A stretch of 64,000 nucleotides of DNA from an uncultured Anaerolineales bacterium (GCA_964433755.1 CAYSSR010000002.1:145419-209418), one strand, 5' to 3'. Positions 26,933 to 37,478 are shown, counted from the stretch's first letter. Notes: generated by a model from the sequence alone, not told the origin. Made by a program: numbers and translations.

Positions 26933-28330
26933 TCAGATGGCGGCCTTATCCCGCAGGAAGGTGAAGGCGGTTCTGATGAGGATCTTCAGATCGAAGAAGA
27001 TGGACCAGTTCTCGATGTAGTAGAGGTCATACTTGGTCCTCTCCACGATGGAGGTGTCACCGCGCAAGCCGTTCACCTGGGCCCAGCCGGTCATGCCAGC
27101 CTTCTCCTGATGCCTCTCCACGTAGCGAGGGATGACCTGCTTGAACTGCTCCACGAACATCGGCCGTTCAGGCCTGGGGCCGACCAGACTCATCTCTCCC
27201 AAAAAGACGTTGATGAACTGGGGCAGCTCGTCCAGTGAGAACCTACGGAGGAATGCCCCGAATCTGGTGCGGCGAGGATCTTCCTTGGTGGCCCAGACTG
27301 GCCCGGTTTCGTCCTCGGCGCCCTCCTTCATGGACCTGAACTTGATCACCTGAAATCGCTTCTCGTCGAGTCCCATGCGCTCCTGAGTGTAGAAGGCTGG
27401 GCCTGCCGAATCCAACTTGATCAACAGAGCCAAGAGGAGCAGGAAGGGCGACAGCACAACCAATCCCACGGCGCTGCCCACCACGTCCATCGCCCTCTTG
27501 AGGGTCAGTCTCCAGCCCCTGAGAACCGTGTCCCTCACTGTGAGCAGCGGGAGACCACCCAGATGCCCGATACTCAGATCGGAGGTTATGAGTTGAAATG
27601 CGCTGGGATATACCCTCGTAGCCACCTTCGCCCTGTGGCAATCGGAGATGATGGGGAGCATCTCTCCGCTCGTGGCTTCCGGCAAGGCGATGATCACCTC
27701 GTCTATGGCCTCCGAAGCGATGAGAGAAGGCAACTCCTCGGTGGTTCCGAGGACTGGAACATCAGCCTTCTCCGCCTTGGAATCCTGGGTGACCATCCCC
27801 ACCACCTCGTACCCCAAGCCTGGGGATCGCCGAATCGCACGTAGCACCATACGGCCCGTGTCGCCGGTCCCTACGATGAGGACCCTGGCCGCGCCAACTC
27901 CTTGACTCTGAAGACTCCATCTGAGTCGCGAGTTCAGGAGTCGCCCCAATGTTACGAGAACGATGGTGAAGGCCCAACTCCAGACGATCATCTTCCGGGT
28001 ATAGTCAGGACCGTTTCGTATGATCACGGAGTTGAAGGCCACGGACATGATCGTCCCCACGGATACGGCCACGAACACGGAATAGAACTCGTCCACGTGC
28101 GACAGGCCCCGCTGCCTGTGATAGAGCTTGGCGAAGAAGAAGACGCCGACGAGCGTAAGAACCTGGATGACAATCATGCCCAGATAGTTGCCCAGCGAGC
28201 CGATATCTGCCGGCGACAGTCCCTCGGTCCGAAGTCGCAGATAGTACGAAAAGACGAAGGCAAGAAACATCATCACCATATCGATGATGACCAAGAGAAC
28301 GGCGAAGAGCACTGTGCCCTTGTCCTTCAT
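26933..28330 (-). CDS. Polyprenyl-phosphate glycosyl-1-phosphate transferase (WbaP/bacterial sugar transferase family)
   Basis: Multi-TM N-terminus, a Rossmann-like middle (RVLIVGTGDTG), and a C-terminal sugar-transferase motif DELPQFINVFLGEMSLVGPRPERP. Confidence 0.85.
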   Translation of the reverse strand: MKDKGTVLFAVLLVIIDMVMMFLAFVFSYYLRLRTEGLSPADIGSLGNYLGMIVIQVLTLVGVFFFAKLYHRQRGLSHVDEFYSVFVAVSVGTIMSVAFNSVIIRNGPDYTRKMIVWSWAFTIVLVTLGRLLNSRLRWSLQSQGVGAARVLIVGTGDTGRMVLRAIRRSPGLGYEVVGMVTQDSKAEKADVPVLGTTEELPSLIASEAIDEVIIALPEATSGEMLPIISDCHRAKVATRVYPSAFQLITSDLSIGHLGGLPLLTVRDTVLRGWRLTLKRAMDVVGSAVGLVVLSPFLLLLALLIKLDSAGPAFYTQERMGLDEKRFQVIKFRSMKEGAEDETGPVWATKEDPRRTRFGAFLRRFSLDELPQFINVFLGEMSLVGPRPERPMFVEQFKQVIPRYVERHQEKAGMTGWAQVNGLRGDTSIVERTKYDLYYIENWSIFFDLKILIRTAFTFLRDKAAI

Positions 28331-28332
28331 CG

Positions 28333-29304
28333 CTAAGCCTCCCCAGTAGCACGCTGTCTTTCGGCGCGCACAATCGTACGCAACATCCTCCCGCGCCCAC
28401 GCACGCTCAACCCCCCGAGCACCAGGTAGTGTAGCCAGAGGGGAGTCTCATGGGCATAGTGCTTGCGATAGAATACATACATCGCGCGCCAGAACTCGTA
28501 GTCGGACCTGTCCTTGCTCTGCTGGCTGGACTGTCTCTTGTAGTGAAGCACGGTGACTTCAGGATAGTAGTACACCTTCCAGCCAGCTCGCTTCGCACGG
28601 AGGGCCCAGTCGAGATCCTCAGCGTACATGAAGTACTGCTCGTCCAGACAGCCCACCTCCTCCACGACTTCACTTCGTACCATCATGAAGGCCCCCACCA
28701 CGGAGTCCACCTCGGCGACCTGGTCCGGATCGAGGTACGTCAGGTTGTAGCGGCCGAAGCGCTCGCTGTTGGGGAAGAGGCGGCTCAGCCCGAAGAGCTT
28801 GTAGAAGGAGTTCTCAGGAGTAGGGAAGCTCCGGCGGCAGGCCAGGTCCAGTTCTCCGTCGGCCATGACCAGCTTGGGTCCAGCTATCCCCACCTCAGGG
28901 TGACTGTCCAGAAACTCCAGCATCCTCCGCAGGGCATCTGGAGGAAGGACAGTGTCGGGGTTCAGGAGCAGGTAGTAGCGCGCCTGGAAGCACCGCAGAC
29001 CCTGGTTGTTCGCGTAGGCGTATCCGCCGTTGATCTCGCTATCGATGAGGTGCACCTGCGGGAACTCTTCGCGCACCATCTCAGCACTGGCATCGCTCGA
29101 GCAGTTGTCCACAACGACAGTCTCGAAGGAGAAATCCCCCTCGCTGTCGTAGAGCGAGGTCAGGCAGCCACGGAGCAGGTCCTTGGTGTTCCAGTTCACG
29201 ATGACCACGGAGAGGTCGAGCACGTTGCTCCTCACGATCCGTTCACGGGGCCTGAATAGATCGTGCACCGCAGCACATCTGCCCTCGAGGCGTCGTAGTA
29301 ACAA
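28333..29304 (-). CDS. Family 2 glycosyltransferase
   Basis: LSVVIVNWNTKDLL..VVDNCSSD..GGYAYANN..YAEDLDW. The start may be an internal GTG. Confidence 0.8.
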   Translation of the reverse strand: MLLRRLEGRCAAVHDLFRPRERIVRSNVLDLSVVIVNWNTKDLLRGCLTSLYDSEGDFSFETVVVDNCSSDASAEMVREEFPQVHLIDSEINGGYAYANNQGLRCFQARYYLLLNPDTVLPPDALRRMLEFLDSHPEVGIAGPKLVMADGELDLACRRSFPTPENSFYKLFGLSRLFPNSERFGRYNLTYLDPDQVAEVDSVVGAFMMVRSEVVEEVGCLDEQYFMYAEDLDWALRAKRAGWKVYYYPEVTVLHYKRQSSQQSKDRSDYEFWRAMYVFYRKHYAHETPLWLHYLVLGGLSVRGRGRMLRTIVRAERQRATGEA

Positions 29305-29323
29305 TGGGGGTCATAGAGAAACA

Positions 29324-29998
29324 TCAGCTCGTCTCGGAGGTTGCTTCCTGGCCTTGCTTGCCCAGGGCCAGCAGCACGTGCTGCACCAACAGAGCCTCGG
29401 GCACCATTCCTTCCACGGAATGGGTTTCGTTGATCACCGTGCGAGGCACGCCGCGCACCTGGTAGTTGACAGCCAGGTGGGGGAACTCCGTCGCCTCTAC
29501 CATGTCCGCTGTGACGTACTCGTTCTCGATCGCCATCCTGTGTGCAAGTACAACCATGCCGGGACAGTATGGACAGGTAGGGGTCACGAACACCTGAAAG
29601 TGGAGGGCCTCGTCGATCTGCTCCAGCGCTTCTCTCGTGGCCTCGGATAGCTCCGCCTGCCCTGCTGAGACCATCTTGATGGCCTCGATCAACGAAGCGA
29701 ACTCGTAGCCCGCCGGTATCCCGTAGAAGCGGATTCCATAGTCCGTCTCACCAATCACGGCTATGGCTGGGATCTTGTCCACGCCGTACTCTTCGGCCTT
29801 GTCCTTGTCCGTGACGAAGTTGTAGATGATCGCCTCTACCTGGTCCGAGAGGGATGCCACCTCCTCCACCAGCTCTCGCGTTTCCTCGCAGAACTCACAT
29901 TCGATGGTCTGGGTGAACATGATCAACTGGACCGGGCTGGCTAGCTCCGCCAGTTGCTTTCCGACTTCCTCCTTGTCCTCTTCCTTCAGCATAGCCAT
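29324..29998 (-). CDS. Two-domain thioredoxin-fold protein disulfide oxidoreductase (PDO-like)
   Basis: Two CxxC sites in separate halves (CEFCEE and CPYCPG). The size and layout match thermophile PDO/glutaredoxin-like proteins. Confidence 0.7.
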   Translation of the reverse strand: MAMLKEEDKEEVGKQLAELASPVQLIMFTQTIECEFCEETRELVEEVASLSDQVEAIIYNFVTDKDKAEEYGVDKIPAIAVIGETDYGIRFYGIPAGYEFASLIEAIKMVSAGQAELSEATREALEQIDEALHFQVFVTPTCPYCPGMVVLAHRMAIENEYVTADMVEATEFPHLAVNYQVRGVPRTVINETHSVEGMVPEALLVQHVLLALGKQGQEATSETS

Positions 29999-30031
29999 GA
30001 TTGCACCTCACTCTGCGACAAGCGAGGTCCG

Positions 30032-30796
30032 TCACCCGGATGCCGGCGCTGGCTTTCTTCCCAGCGCCCAGAAGTTGGGCACAAAGATCAGACGTGCCCC
30101 CTCCCGCACCGCTGTCCTCGCTTTGTCTTTGAACGCTCGGAGTTGCGCATCACCCGCCACGTTCCCTAACGTTCTCAAGATGAAGTCCCACTCTGCCTCG
30201 AACTCCTCTGCCAATTGTCGGTCGTCCCAGATGGAGGCGATCACCCCAGTCTGCACCTCCAGACCAGCCGCAGAGAACATGGCCTTCAAGCGGCGACCGA
30301 TGCGAGGATGCCCCCCGTCGCGGCGCACCGATTCCTCCATCAACGGCCCAAGGGCAATCTCCTCCGGGTAGTCTACGCGTCCACCGTAGTCCGGCTCTGT
30401 CGTGGCGAGGACTACACCCCCCTCCCTGACCACACGAGCCATCTCCTCCACCACCAGCTCCGGTTCTTCCGTCCACATCAGCAGGAAGCTACACAGCACC
30501 ACGTCGTAGCTATTGGTCTCAAACGGCAGACAGTGGGCGTCCCCTATCAGCCAGTCGATCTGCCCCGCGCTCCGGGCTGCAAAGCCGATCATCGCCGGGT
30601 CCAGATCCAGCCCTGTTACGCGGCCCCTGGTGCCCTCCGCTACCTCCTGGGTGACCGCGCCGGTGCCGCATCCTACGTCCAGAACTGCTTCCGCCCTCCA
30701 CAATCCAGCTTGCCGATAGAGATGGGAGCGGATACCGCGAGTCCAACCAGCCTGCCGCAGGAACTGCTGGTGCCACTGTTCTACCGAGAGGCCCAC
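30032..30796 (-). CDS. Class I SAM-dependent methyltransferase
   Basis: Motif I VLDVGCGTGAVT, motif II YDVVLCSFLLMW. Confidence 0.8.
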   Translation of the reverse strand: MGLSVEQWHQQFLRQAGWTRGIRSHLYRQAGLWRAEAVLDVGCGTGAVTQEVAEGTRGRVTGLDLDPAMIGFAARSAGQIDWLIGDAHCLPFETNSYDVVLCSFLLMWTEEPELVVEEMARVVREGGVVLATTEPDYGGRVDYPEEIALGPLMEESVRRDGGHPRIGRRLKAMFSAAGLEVQTGVIASIWDDRQLAEEFEAEWDFILRTLGNVAGDAQLRAFKDKARTAVREGARLIFVPNFWALGRKPAPASG

Positions 30797-30861
30797 CGAT
30801 GCTACTCCGCTGTGCGAAGCCGTCCTTCATGCTGAGAGATCCGGGCCGCTGGCGCTCCGCC

Positions 30862-32232
30862 CTAGACTGCCGTGGAGCTGCTTTCGACGCAGAGCGCGCC
30901 CTCGTTCTGCAAGTAGAGAGGGCATCCCCCACCACACAGCGGCAACTCGTCACAGGAACGGCATTTCTCCATCACCCAGTCCCTGTTTCTGAGACTCTCG
31001 GCAGTGGGATGGTTCCAGATGGACTCCCAATCATCCCGAAGGATGTTCCCCAGGCTCGAGTAGTAGCTCTGGCAGGGGATGACGTCCCCATTCGGCTCGA
31101 CGCACATGTTGTACCTGGCTGCGGTGCAGAACTTGGCCCCCAGCTCCAGCTCCACGGGGTGGAATTCACAGTACTGCGTGGGGGTATACCAGATCAGTCT
31201 CATGCCGTTGGCGATAGCCTTGTCCCGCACCTTGACCATCAGGGACTCCAACTCCTGCTCCGGGATACCGATGCCGCTCGATGGTCCTTTTCCGCTGTAG
31301 ATCAGGCTGTTGCAGGCAAAGGTCTCGATACCGAGCCCCTTCAGGAAGTCTATCGTCTGCTCGACGTATGGAGCATTCAGAGTCGTGAGGGTGGTATTGG
31401 TGATCGTATAGACGTCTGTGGCTACCGCATTCTTGATCCCCTGCACGGTCTGCTTCCAGGCGTCCGCCCCCACCATCTGATTGTGTATCTCTTCATCGTG
31501 GGACTCCAGGGTGATCTGGATGTGATCCAGTCCTGCCTCCACCAGTTCTCCCAGATAGCGGTCGTCGGCCAGCTTGATGCCATTGGTCAGCAGACCGGAG
31601 ACCAATCCGACGTCCTCTGCGTGGCGGACCAACTCTGGCAGATGAGGATACACCGTGGCGTCTCCGCCTGTGAAGACCACGTGCGGGATGCCCAGGTCCC
31701 ATAGTTTCTCGAGCACCTGCTTCCACTCTTCCAGGCTCAGGCTCTCCATGTCCCTCGGCCGTCCCACGTAACAGTGCCCGCAGTTGGCGTTGCATTGGTA
31801 AGTCAAGGCCAGGTCCATCCGATACGGAGCGGAGACCGGCGTATCGAAGGGCTCGATCCTCTTCACATCCAGATAGGAGATGGGGCAGATGTCATCCGTG
31901 GTGGCCAAGGTAAGGATGGTATCCTTCAGATGCTCGTAGTCCGCCCGGGCTGTCTCCGCAGGTACTTTGTACCGCCGCCTGAGCTCTTCGACGGCCGCGT
32001 CCGTGCCCTTGTCCTCCAGAACCAGCTTCGCAAGTTCCGTCGCGGTCTGGTTGAGATGGAGAACCTTGGCCGCGTTGATGACCAGGATTCCCTCGCCATC
32101 GCCTTCGACCCGCAGGTGCAGCCGGAACCTCTCTTCGGCTCCGTCCGGAGTCATGTAGTGAAACAACCCCTTACTGAGGGGCTGCGGCGTCGAGGGGAAG
32201 AATACCTCTTTGAAGGAATTCCACACGCTCAT
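30862..32232 (-). CDS. Radical SAM/SPASM enzyme with PqqD-like (RRE-type) N-terminal domain
   Basis: Start moved to ATG 32232 after GGGAGTGAG. The longer ORF would run into the terminator and promoter of the upstream region. CNANCGHCY is the CxxxCxxC cluster. The Cys-rich C-terminus (CTAARYNMC..CQSYY..CRSCDELPLCGGGCP) is SPASM-like. The N-terminus ILVINAAKVLHLNQTATELAKLVLEDKGTDAAVEELRRRYKVPAETARADYEHL resembles PqqD. Confidence 0.85.
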   Translation of the reverse strand: MSVWNSFKEVFFPSTPQPLSKGLFHYMTPDGAEERFRLHLRVEGDGEGILVINAAKVLHLNQTATELAKLVLEDKGTDAAVEELRRRYKVPAETARADYEHLKDTILTLATTDDICPISYLDVKRIEPFDTPVSAPYRMDLALTYQCNANCGHCYVGRPRDMESLSLEEWKQVLEKLWDLGIPHVVFTGGDATVYPHLPELVRHAEDVGLVSGLLTNGIKLADDRYLGELVEAGLDHIQITLESHDEEIHNQMVGADAWKQTVQGIKNAVATDVYTITNTTLTTLNAPYVEQTIDFLKGLGIETFACNSLIYSGKGPSSGIGIPEQELESLMVKVRDKAIANGMRLIWYTPTQYCEFHPVELELGAKFCTAARYNMCVEPNGDVIPCQSYYSSLGNILRDDWESIWNHPTAESLRNRDWVMEKCRSCDELPLCGGGCPLYLQNEGALCVESSSTAV

Positions 32233-32420
32233 TTTCTCACTCCCTGGCGGCTCACCGCAGACACGTCGATCCCACAGCTTCCGAGATATCAGGACGCGGG
32301 CCTCACTTCGCGGATCTCCAGCCCGCGTCTCTTCCACCCATGCGGCGCCAGCCCGGTCCCGAGACCACCCAGGGCCGGCGTCCGTTCCTCGCGCTAGTAT
32401 ACCATAACGAATACACCGAC

Positions 32421-32458
32421 GCAAAAGGAGCCATCTCCACCAGGAATGAGATGGCCCC
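32421..32458 (-). terminator. Rho-independent terminator after the SIMPL gene
   Basis: On the minus strand: GGGGCCATCTC, a 10-nt loop, GAGATGGCTCC, then TTTTGCG (one mismatch in an 11-bp stem). Confidence 0.6.
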
Positions 32459-32496
32459 TTTGTCCGTTATAGCGAACGTAGTCGTGCTGCCGAGGC

Positions 32497-33237
32497 TTAG
32501 CCAATATCGTAGGTGATTTGAACCTGGACCGTGACCTCTAACTGACCAGTCGACACGGAGGTTCCTCCACCCATCCCACTCTCTGCCATGGCATATACGG
32601 AGTCCAAGTAGTAGGGCGGCGTCTCGTACGTAGACTCGCTGATGGTCCGCGGAGCGCCCAGCCGTACCCCACCCAACTCAGCCAGGGCCTCTGCTTTCTT
32701 CCGCGCTTCGTCCATGGCCTCGGCTCGCGCCTGCTCTTGCAGCGCAGAGGGATCGTCGAAAGTGAACTGTATGCCGTACACGTTGTTGGCTCCGGCCTCG
32801 GTCACGGCATCCAGCACATCCCCCACTCTCTCCATGTCGCGCATCTTCACCCGCACGGAGTTGTTGACTACGTAGCCGATAACTCGATGTTCGTCATCGT
32901 CCCAGTCGATCTCGGGCTGGATGCTGTAGTCGACCGTCTGGATGTCCTCATCCGCGATCTCCAGTTGCCGCAGAGCACCCATCACCTCGCTCATACGATC
33001 CGCGTTCTCTGCAGCGGCCAACGCCGCAGTGCTCTCCCTGGTCTCAACGCCTATCGTGATCATCGCCAGGTCGGGATCGGCAGACACCTCACCCTGAGCC
33101 ATGACCGTGATCCCTCTGGACTCTTGACTGGTTCCGGCCGTCGAGGCGCCCGGCAGCACCACCAGCAACTGGAGCGCCAGCACCACCGCCAGCAGTACCA
33201 AGCCGACCGCTCCTATGATCGTACCCGCTTTCGACAT
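32497..33237 (-). CDS. SIMPL/DUF541 family periplasmic protein (BP26-like)
   Basis: Signal anchor followed by GITVMAQGEVSADPDLAMITIGVETR..AAENADRMSEVMGAL..IQTVDYSIQPE, typical of SIMPL proteins. Confidence 0.75.
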   Translation of the reverse strand: MSKAGTIIGAVGLVLLAVVLALQLLVVLPGASTAGTSQESRGITVMAQGEVSADPDLAMITIGVETRESTAALAAAENADRMSEVMGALRQLEIADEDIQTVDYSIQPEIDWDDDEHRVIGYVVNNSVRVKMRDMERVGDVLDAVTEAGANNVYGIQFTFDDPSALQEQARAEAMDEARKKAEALAELGGVRLGAPRTISESTYETPPYYLDSVYAMAESGMGGGTSVSTGQLEVTVQVQITYDIG

Positions 33238-33378
33238 CTTGACTCATCCTCCTGTGATACCTTGTTCGTGTCGGTGTCCGTGGAGACACCTTTCTCACAA
33301 TGAAGACGAAACACGGAGGAGATTGGTTCCCGACGCTCGAGCGCCCGATCCGAGGCACAGACAGACGTGGCAACCATA

Positions 33379-33404
33379 CAAAAACGCCCCGACCAGAGTC
33401 GGGG
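33379..33404 (-). terminator. Rho-independent terminator after tRNA-Leu
   Basis: Minus strand: GCCCCGAC, loop TCTG, GTCGGGGC (perfect 8-bp stem), then G TTTTT. Confidence 0.7.
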
Positions 33405-33416
33405 CCTCATTGCTCA

Positions 33417-33500
33417 GTGCCGAGAAAGGGACTCGAACCCTTACGGGGTTGCCCCCACTGCGCCCTGAACGCAGCGCGTCTACCTGTTCCGCCATCTCGG
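33417..33500 (-). tRNA. tRNA-Leu (anticodon CAG)
   Basis: Manual cloverleaf fold. Acceptor GCCGAGA/TCTCGGC, discriminator A. Anticodon stem CTGCG/CGCAG with loop TTCAGGG. Long variable arm GGGG..CCCC. T-arm AAGGG TTCGAGT CCCTT. CCA is not encoded. Confidence 0.9.
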
Positions 33501-33548
33501 CCTGCCACCAAGGAGAGTATATGCACACTCTCTCCGCTTGTCAAGTCA

Positions 33549-35198
33549 TTACTCGCCTGCCTCGCTGACCACTACCCTGCGTGTCTTGATGTACCACTCG
33601 GCCACCGTCCGGAAGCGGTCGCTGGGATTCATCATCGGGCTCAACTGTACGCCCTTCACCATGTCATCCACGGCGTAGTTGTACACCGGATAGTACAGGA
33701 GGAGCGAGGGAACTTCCTCTGCGAAGAGATCCTGGAAGTCGCGGTACAGCCGCGTACGCTCTGTGTGATCGGTGCTCTGCCGCGCCTCCTCCAGCAACTG
33801 GTCCATTTCGATGCTATTGAGGCCCGCGAAGTTCTGCCCGTCTCCGCCAATCTGAGTGGAGTGCCACATCAGATAGGGATCGGGGTCGCTTGGCAGGTTG
33901 CCCCAGCTATACAGCAGGGCATCGAAGTTCCGCGGTCGCAGCGCTTCGTTCACCACCCACGAGCTATCCTCCACCACAGGCACCACTCTCACGCCCAGTT
34001 CCCACAACTGGCGGGCGATCTCCTCGATGATCTGCCGCCGCACCGGATCCTTGTTAGTGAGAAGGGTGAACTCCAGGCGCATGCCCTCCTTGTCACGCAC
34101 CCCATCCCCGTCTGTATCGGCCCAGCCGACTTCAGCGAGCAAATCAGCGGCCTCGTAGGGATCGTAGGCGTACTGCATCACGTCGTGGTTGTAGGCCCAG
34201 GAATCAGGCATGATGGGGCTGTGTGCCACCACCCCCTGGCCGTCGAGGATCTGGTCGATGATGCGCTGCCGGTCGATGCCCCACAACAGGGCCTGCCTGA
34301 CCTCCTTCTCCTCGAAGATGGGCAGGTCCAGATTGAGAAAGATCAGCGTGTACCCCGAGAGGCGCGCCGTGTACAGGTTCAAGTACTCTTCCTCTCGGAC
34401 ACTCACGAGGTCCTCGGGCAACACCTCACTTATGCCCTCAACCTCGCCCTGCTGATAAGCAGCGAACACGCTCTGATAGTCGGGATAGAACTTGAACTCT
34501 ATCTTCGACAGCGCCGGCTGCTCCCCGTGATAGTCTGGGTAGGCCTCGAGGATCACGTAGTCACCGCTCACCTCTCCGATCTTGAACATGCCCGTGCCTA
34601 CCGGGCGTACGTTGAACTGATCCGTGGGCAGCTCACTGGCTGGCACGTTGCTCAGAATGTGCTGGGGCAAGACGCCGATGGTGGTGAAATCGAGAAACGT
34701 AGCCAAGGGAGCCTGGAGCGTGAAGGTAAGCGTGTAGTCGTTGATCGCGTCCGCCTCGACTGTGCGCCACTGCTCGGCTAGCTCGGGCGGCCCTTGATAG
34801 TCCTCGTCCTGGATAGCCTCCACAGTGAACAGCACGTCGGCGCTGGTGAAGGGCTCCCCATCGTGCCAGAGCACGTCTCGGCGCAGATAGAACGTGTACA
34901 CCAGGCCGTCCTCCGAGACGTCCCACTCCCTGGCCAGCGAAGGCACGATCTCCCCCCGCTCGTTGATGTCTGTGAGGCCAGAGAAGATGAGGGATACCAG
35001 GTCCTGGTCCACCTGGTTATACTGGCACAGCAAGGGGTTAATGTAGCTGGGACGCCCGGCAACACCTTCGACGTACGTGCCGCCCACGTCGGGTACGATG
35101 ACCGTGGTGGTGGTATAGGCCACGTAGCCCAGCAGACCCACGATCAGCACCACGCCCAGGACGGCAACGATGGCCTGCCAGCGGATGTGTCTCGTCAA
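33549..35198 (-). CDS. ABC transporter substrate-binding protein, family 5 (peptide/nickel type)
   Basis: 549 aa with an N-terminal anchor. The length and blocks resemble DppA/OppA-type SBPs (YVEGVAG.PSYINPL, WHDGEPFTADV, LRQALLWGIDRQ). Confidence 0.85.
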   Translation of the reverse strand: MTRHIRWQAIVAVLGVVLIVGLLGYVAYTTTTVIVPDVGGTYVEGVAGRPSYINPLLCQYNQVDQDLVSLIFSGLTDINERGEIVPSLAREWDVSEDGLVYTFYLRRDVLWHDGEPFTSADVLFTVEAIQDEDYQGPPELAEQWRTVEADAINDYTLTFTLQAPLATFLDFTTIGVLPQHILSNVPASELPTDQFNVRPVGTGMFKIGEVSGDYVILEAYPDYHGEQPALSKIEFKFYPDYQSVFAAYQQGEVEGISEVLPEDLVSVREEEYLNLYTARLSGYTLIFLNLDLPIFEEKEVRQALLWGIDRQRIIDQILDGQGVVAHSPIMPDSWAYNHDVMQYAYDPYEAADLLAEVGWADTDGDGVRDKEGMRLEFTLLTNKDPVRRQIIEEIARQLWELGVRVVPVVEDSSWVVNEALRPRNFDALLYSWGNLPSDPDPYLMWHSTQIGGDGQNFAGLNSIEMDQLLEEARQSTDHTERTRLYRDFQDLFAEEVPSLLLYYPVYNYAVDDMVKGVQLSPMMNPSDRFRTVAEWYIKTRRVVVSEAGE

Positions 35199-35258
35199 AG
35201 GCGGTACTAGTCTCCTTCCGGGAGTCTACGACGCGGGGACTGGTCCTGCACCAGGGCT

Positions 35259-35504
35259 TTAACCCTGAACGAACACCGAGATCAGTGCGAAGACGAAGAA
35301 CAGCACGACCAGGACGATGGTCAGATTGAACAACGTCCTCTCCGCACCACGGCGGGTCTTGTATATTCCAGAGTCGCTGCCGCCGAAGATCCCTCCCAGG
35401 CCGCTGCCCTTGACCTGGAGCAGGATGGCAGTGATCAGGCACACCGAGACTATGATTTGAACTACCTGCAAGTAGAAAAGCACGCCAATACCTCCAAACG
35501 CCAA
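35259..35504 (-). CDS. secG: Preprotein translocase subunit SecG
   Basis: 81 aa with two TMs and the SecG core [16 protein letters not shown]. Confidence 0.8.
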   Translation of the reverse strand: MAFGGIGVLFYLQVVQIIVSVCLITAILLQVKGSGLGGIFGGSDSGIYKTRRGAERTLFNLTIVLVVLFFVFALISVFVQG

Positions 35505-35574
35505 GCATTATAACACCCGGATGTCCCCTTTGTCAAACACCGCTCTGGAGAGCATCGAAAGACCGCATCGACCT

Positions 35575-35602
35575 TTCGAATCGTGCTCGATTCAAGTATA
35601 AT
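35575..35602 (+). promoter_or_regulatory. Candidate promoter of lepA
   Basis: TTCGAA, a 16-nt spacer, then TATAAT (35597-35602), about 58 nt upstream of the lepA ATG. Confidence 0.35.
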
Positions 35603-35659
35603 GAGATCAATACACTGTACAGACACGATGAGGGCACGAGCCACTCCCACCCTTGGACT

Positions 35660-37462
35660 ATGGACCAGCAACGAATCAGGAATTTCAGTATCATCGCCCA
35701 CATAGACCACGGCAAGTCCACTCTGGCGGACCGCCTGCTGGAATACACCGGGACTATCTCGCCCCGAGAGATGGCCGATCAGGTGCTGGACCAGATGGAC
35801 CTGGAGCGCGAGAGGGGGGTGACCATCAAGGCCTCGGCGGTGCGGATGCTGTATCGAGCCGACGATGGACAGGAGTACGAGCTCAACCTCATTGACACCC
35901 CCGGTCACGTGGACTTCTCCTACGAGGTCTCCAGGGCCCTCGCCGCGTGCGAGGGCGCAGTGCTGGTGGTGGACGCCAGCCAGGGCGTGGAGGCGCAAAC
36001 CCTGGCCAATCTTTATCTGGCGCTCGACAACGATCTGAACATCGTTCCCGTGGCCAACAAGATCGACATGGACCGAGCACGCCCTGACGAGGTGGCCCAG
36101 GAGATGGAGGAGCTCCTGGGGGTCGCCGAGGGGGACGTGATCCGTGCCTCCGCCCGAGAAGGCACCGGCACCAAGGAAGTCCTGGAGGCCATCGTCAAGA
36201 ACGTGCCTCCACCGCGGGGACTGCCCGAGTCTCCCCTGCGAGCGTTGATCTTCGACTCCCACTACGATTCGTACAAAGGCGTCGTGGCCTACGTGCGGAT
36301 CGTGGACGGTGAGTTGACCAGGGACCAGACTCTCAAGCTGATGTCCAATGGCAGAACGTTCGAGCCTCTGGAGATGGGTGTCTTCACGCCGGGGATGACC
36401 TCGGTGGATCGTCTCGACACTGCCGAGGTGGGCTACGTGGCGACCGGCCTCAAGAACGTCCGCGATTGCACCGTGGGTGACACCATCACCAGGGCCACCG
36501 GTGCGGCGACTGAACCCCTGCCTGGATACCGTCCCATCAAGCCCATGGTCTTCGCCGGCCTGTACCCCGCCGACTCTGAGGACTATCACCTCTTGAGAGA
36601 CGCCCTGGACAAGCTGCACCTCAATGACGCCTCGCTGACCTACCAGCCAGAGGATTCGCAAGCTCTGGGCTTCGGCTTCCGCTGCGGCTTCCTGGGCCTC
36701 TTTCACATGGAGATAGTGCAAGAGAGGCTGGAGAGGGAGTACGGTCTGAACCTCCTGGCTACGGCCCCTAGCGTAGAATACCACGTCCTCACCAACGACG
36801 GTGGGGTCCTGGAGGTAGACCGTCCATCCGATCTCCCACCTTCCATGGAGATCGAAGCTATCGAAGAGCCCTGGGTCAAGCTCAGCATCTTCAGCCCCGA
36901 TGACTACATCGGCCCGATCATGGAACTGGTCATCTCCAGAAGGGGCGAATACGAATCGATGGAATACCTGGATCCGCAGAGGGTGCTGCTCAGCTATCAG
37001 ATGCCCTTGGGAGAGTTGATCGTGGACTTCTACGACCAGCTCAAGTCCCGTACTAGAGGCTATGCGTCTCTGGACTACAGCCTCTCCGGTTACCGGCAAG
37101 GGGATCTGGTCAGGCTGGACATCCTGGTGAACCAACAGACGGTCGATGCCTTGTCTCTCATTGTGCACAAGGACCAGGCATACGGCAAGGGCAGCGCCCT
37201 GGTTAGCAGACTGAAGGAAGTCATCCCTCGACAACTGTTCCCCGTGCCCATCCAGGCCGGCATCGGCAGCCAGGTCATCGCCCGCGAGACGGTGAAGGCC
37301 CTGCGCAAGAACGTCCTCTCCAAATGCTACGGAGGTGACGTCACCCGCAAAAGGAAACTGCTGGAACGCCAGAGGGAAGGCAAGAAGAGAATGAAGCAGG
37401 TCGGCCAGGTGAGTATCCCCCAGGAAGCGTTCATGGCCGTCCTGAACTTGCACAAGGACTAG
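35660..37462 (+). CDS. lepA: Translation elongation factor 4 (LepA)
   Basis: [35 protein letters not shown]. The C-terminal block [23 protein letters not shown] is LepA-specific. Confidence 0.97.
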   Translation: MDQQRIRNFSIIAHIDHGKSTLADRLLEYTGTISPREMADQVLDQMDLERERGVTIKASAVRMLYRADDGQEYELNLIDTPGHVDFSYEVSRALAACEGAVLVVDASQGVEAQTLANLYLALDNDLNIVPVANKIDMDRARPDEVAQEMEELLGVAEGDVIRASAREGTGTKEVLEAIVKNVPPPRGLPESPLRALIFDSHYDSYKGVVAYVRIVDGELTRDQTLKLMSNGRTFEPLEMGVFTPGMTSVDRLDTAEVGYVATGLKNVRDCTVGDTITRATGAATEPLPGYRPIKPMVFAGLYPADSEDYHLLRDALDKLHLNDASLTYQPEDSQALGFGFRCGFLGLFHMEIVQERLEREYGLNLLATAPSVEYHVLTNDGGVLEVDRPSDLPPSMEIEAIEEPWVKLSIFSPDDYIGPIMELVISRRGEYESMEYLDPQRVLLSYQMPLGELIVDFYDQLKSRTRGYASLDYSLSGYRQGDLVRLDILVNQQTVDALSLIVHKDQAYGKGSALVSRLKEVIPRQLFPVPIQAGIGSQVIARETVKALRKNVLSKCYGGDVTRKRKLLERQREGKKRMKQVGQVSIPQEAFMAVLNLHKD

Positions 37463-37478
37463 GACAGCGATCGATCGC

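Noticed and set aside
32233-32424. 64-codon N-terminal extension of the radical SAM ORF
   Set aside because: It overlaps the candidate promoter and structured leader and abuts the terminator of the upstream gene, and it has an Arg/Gly-rich composition. The internal ATG has a good RBS.
33300-34781. 493-aa ORF spanning the tRNA-Leu and antisense to the SBP gene
   Set aside because: It runs across a tRNA gene and its terminator and mirrors a well-supported SBP CDS.
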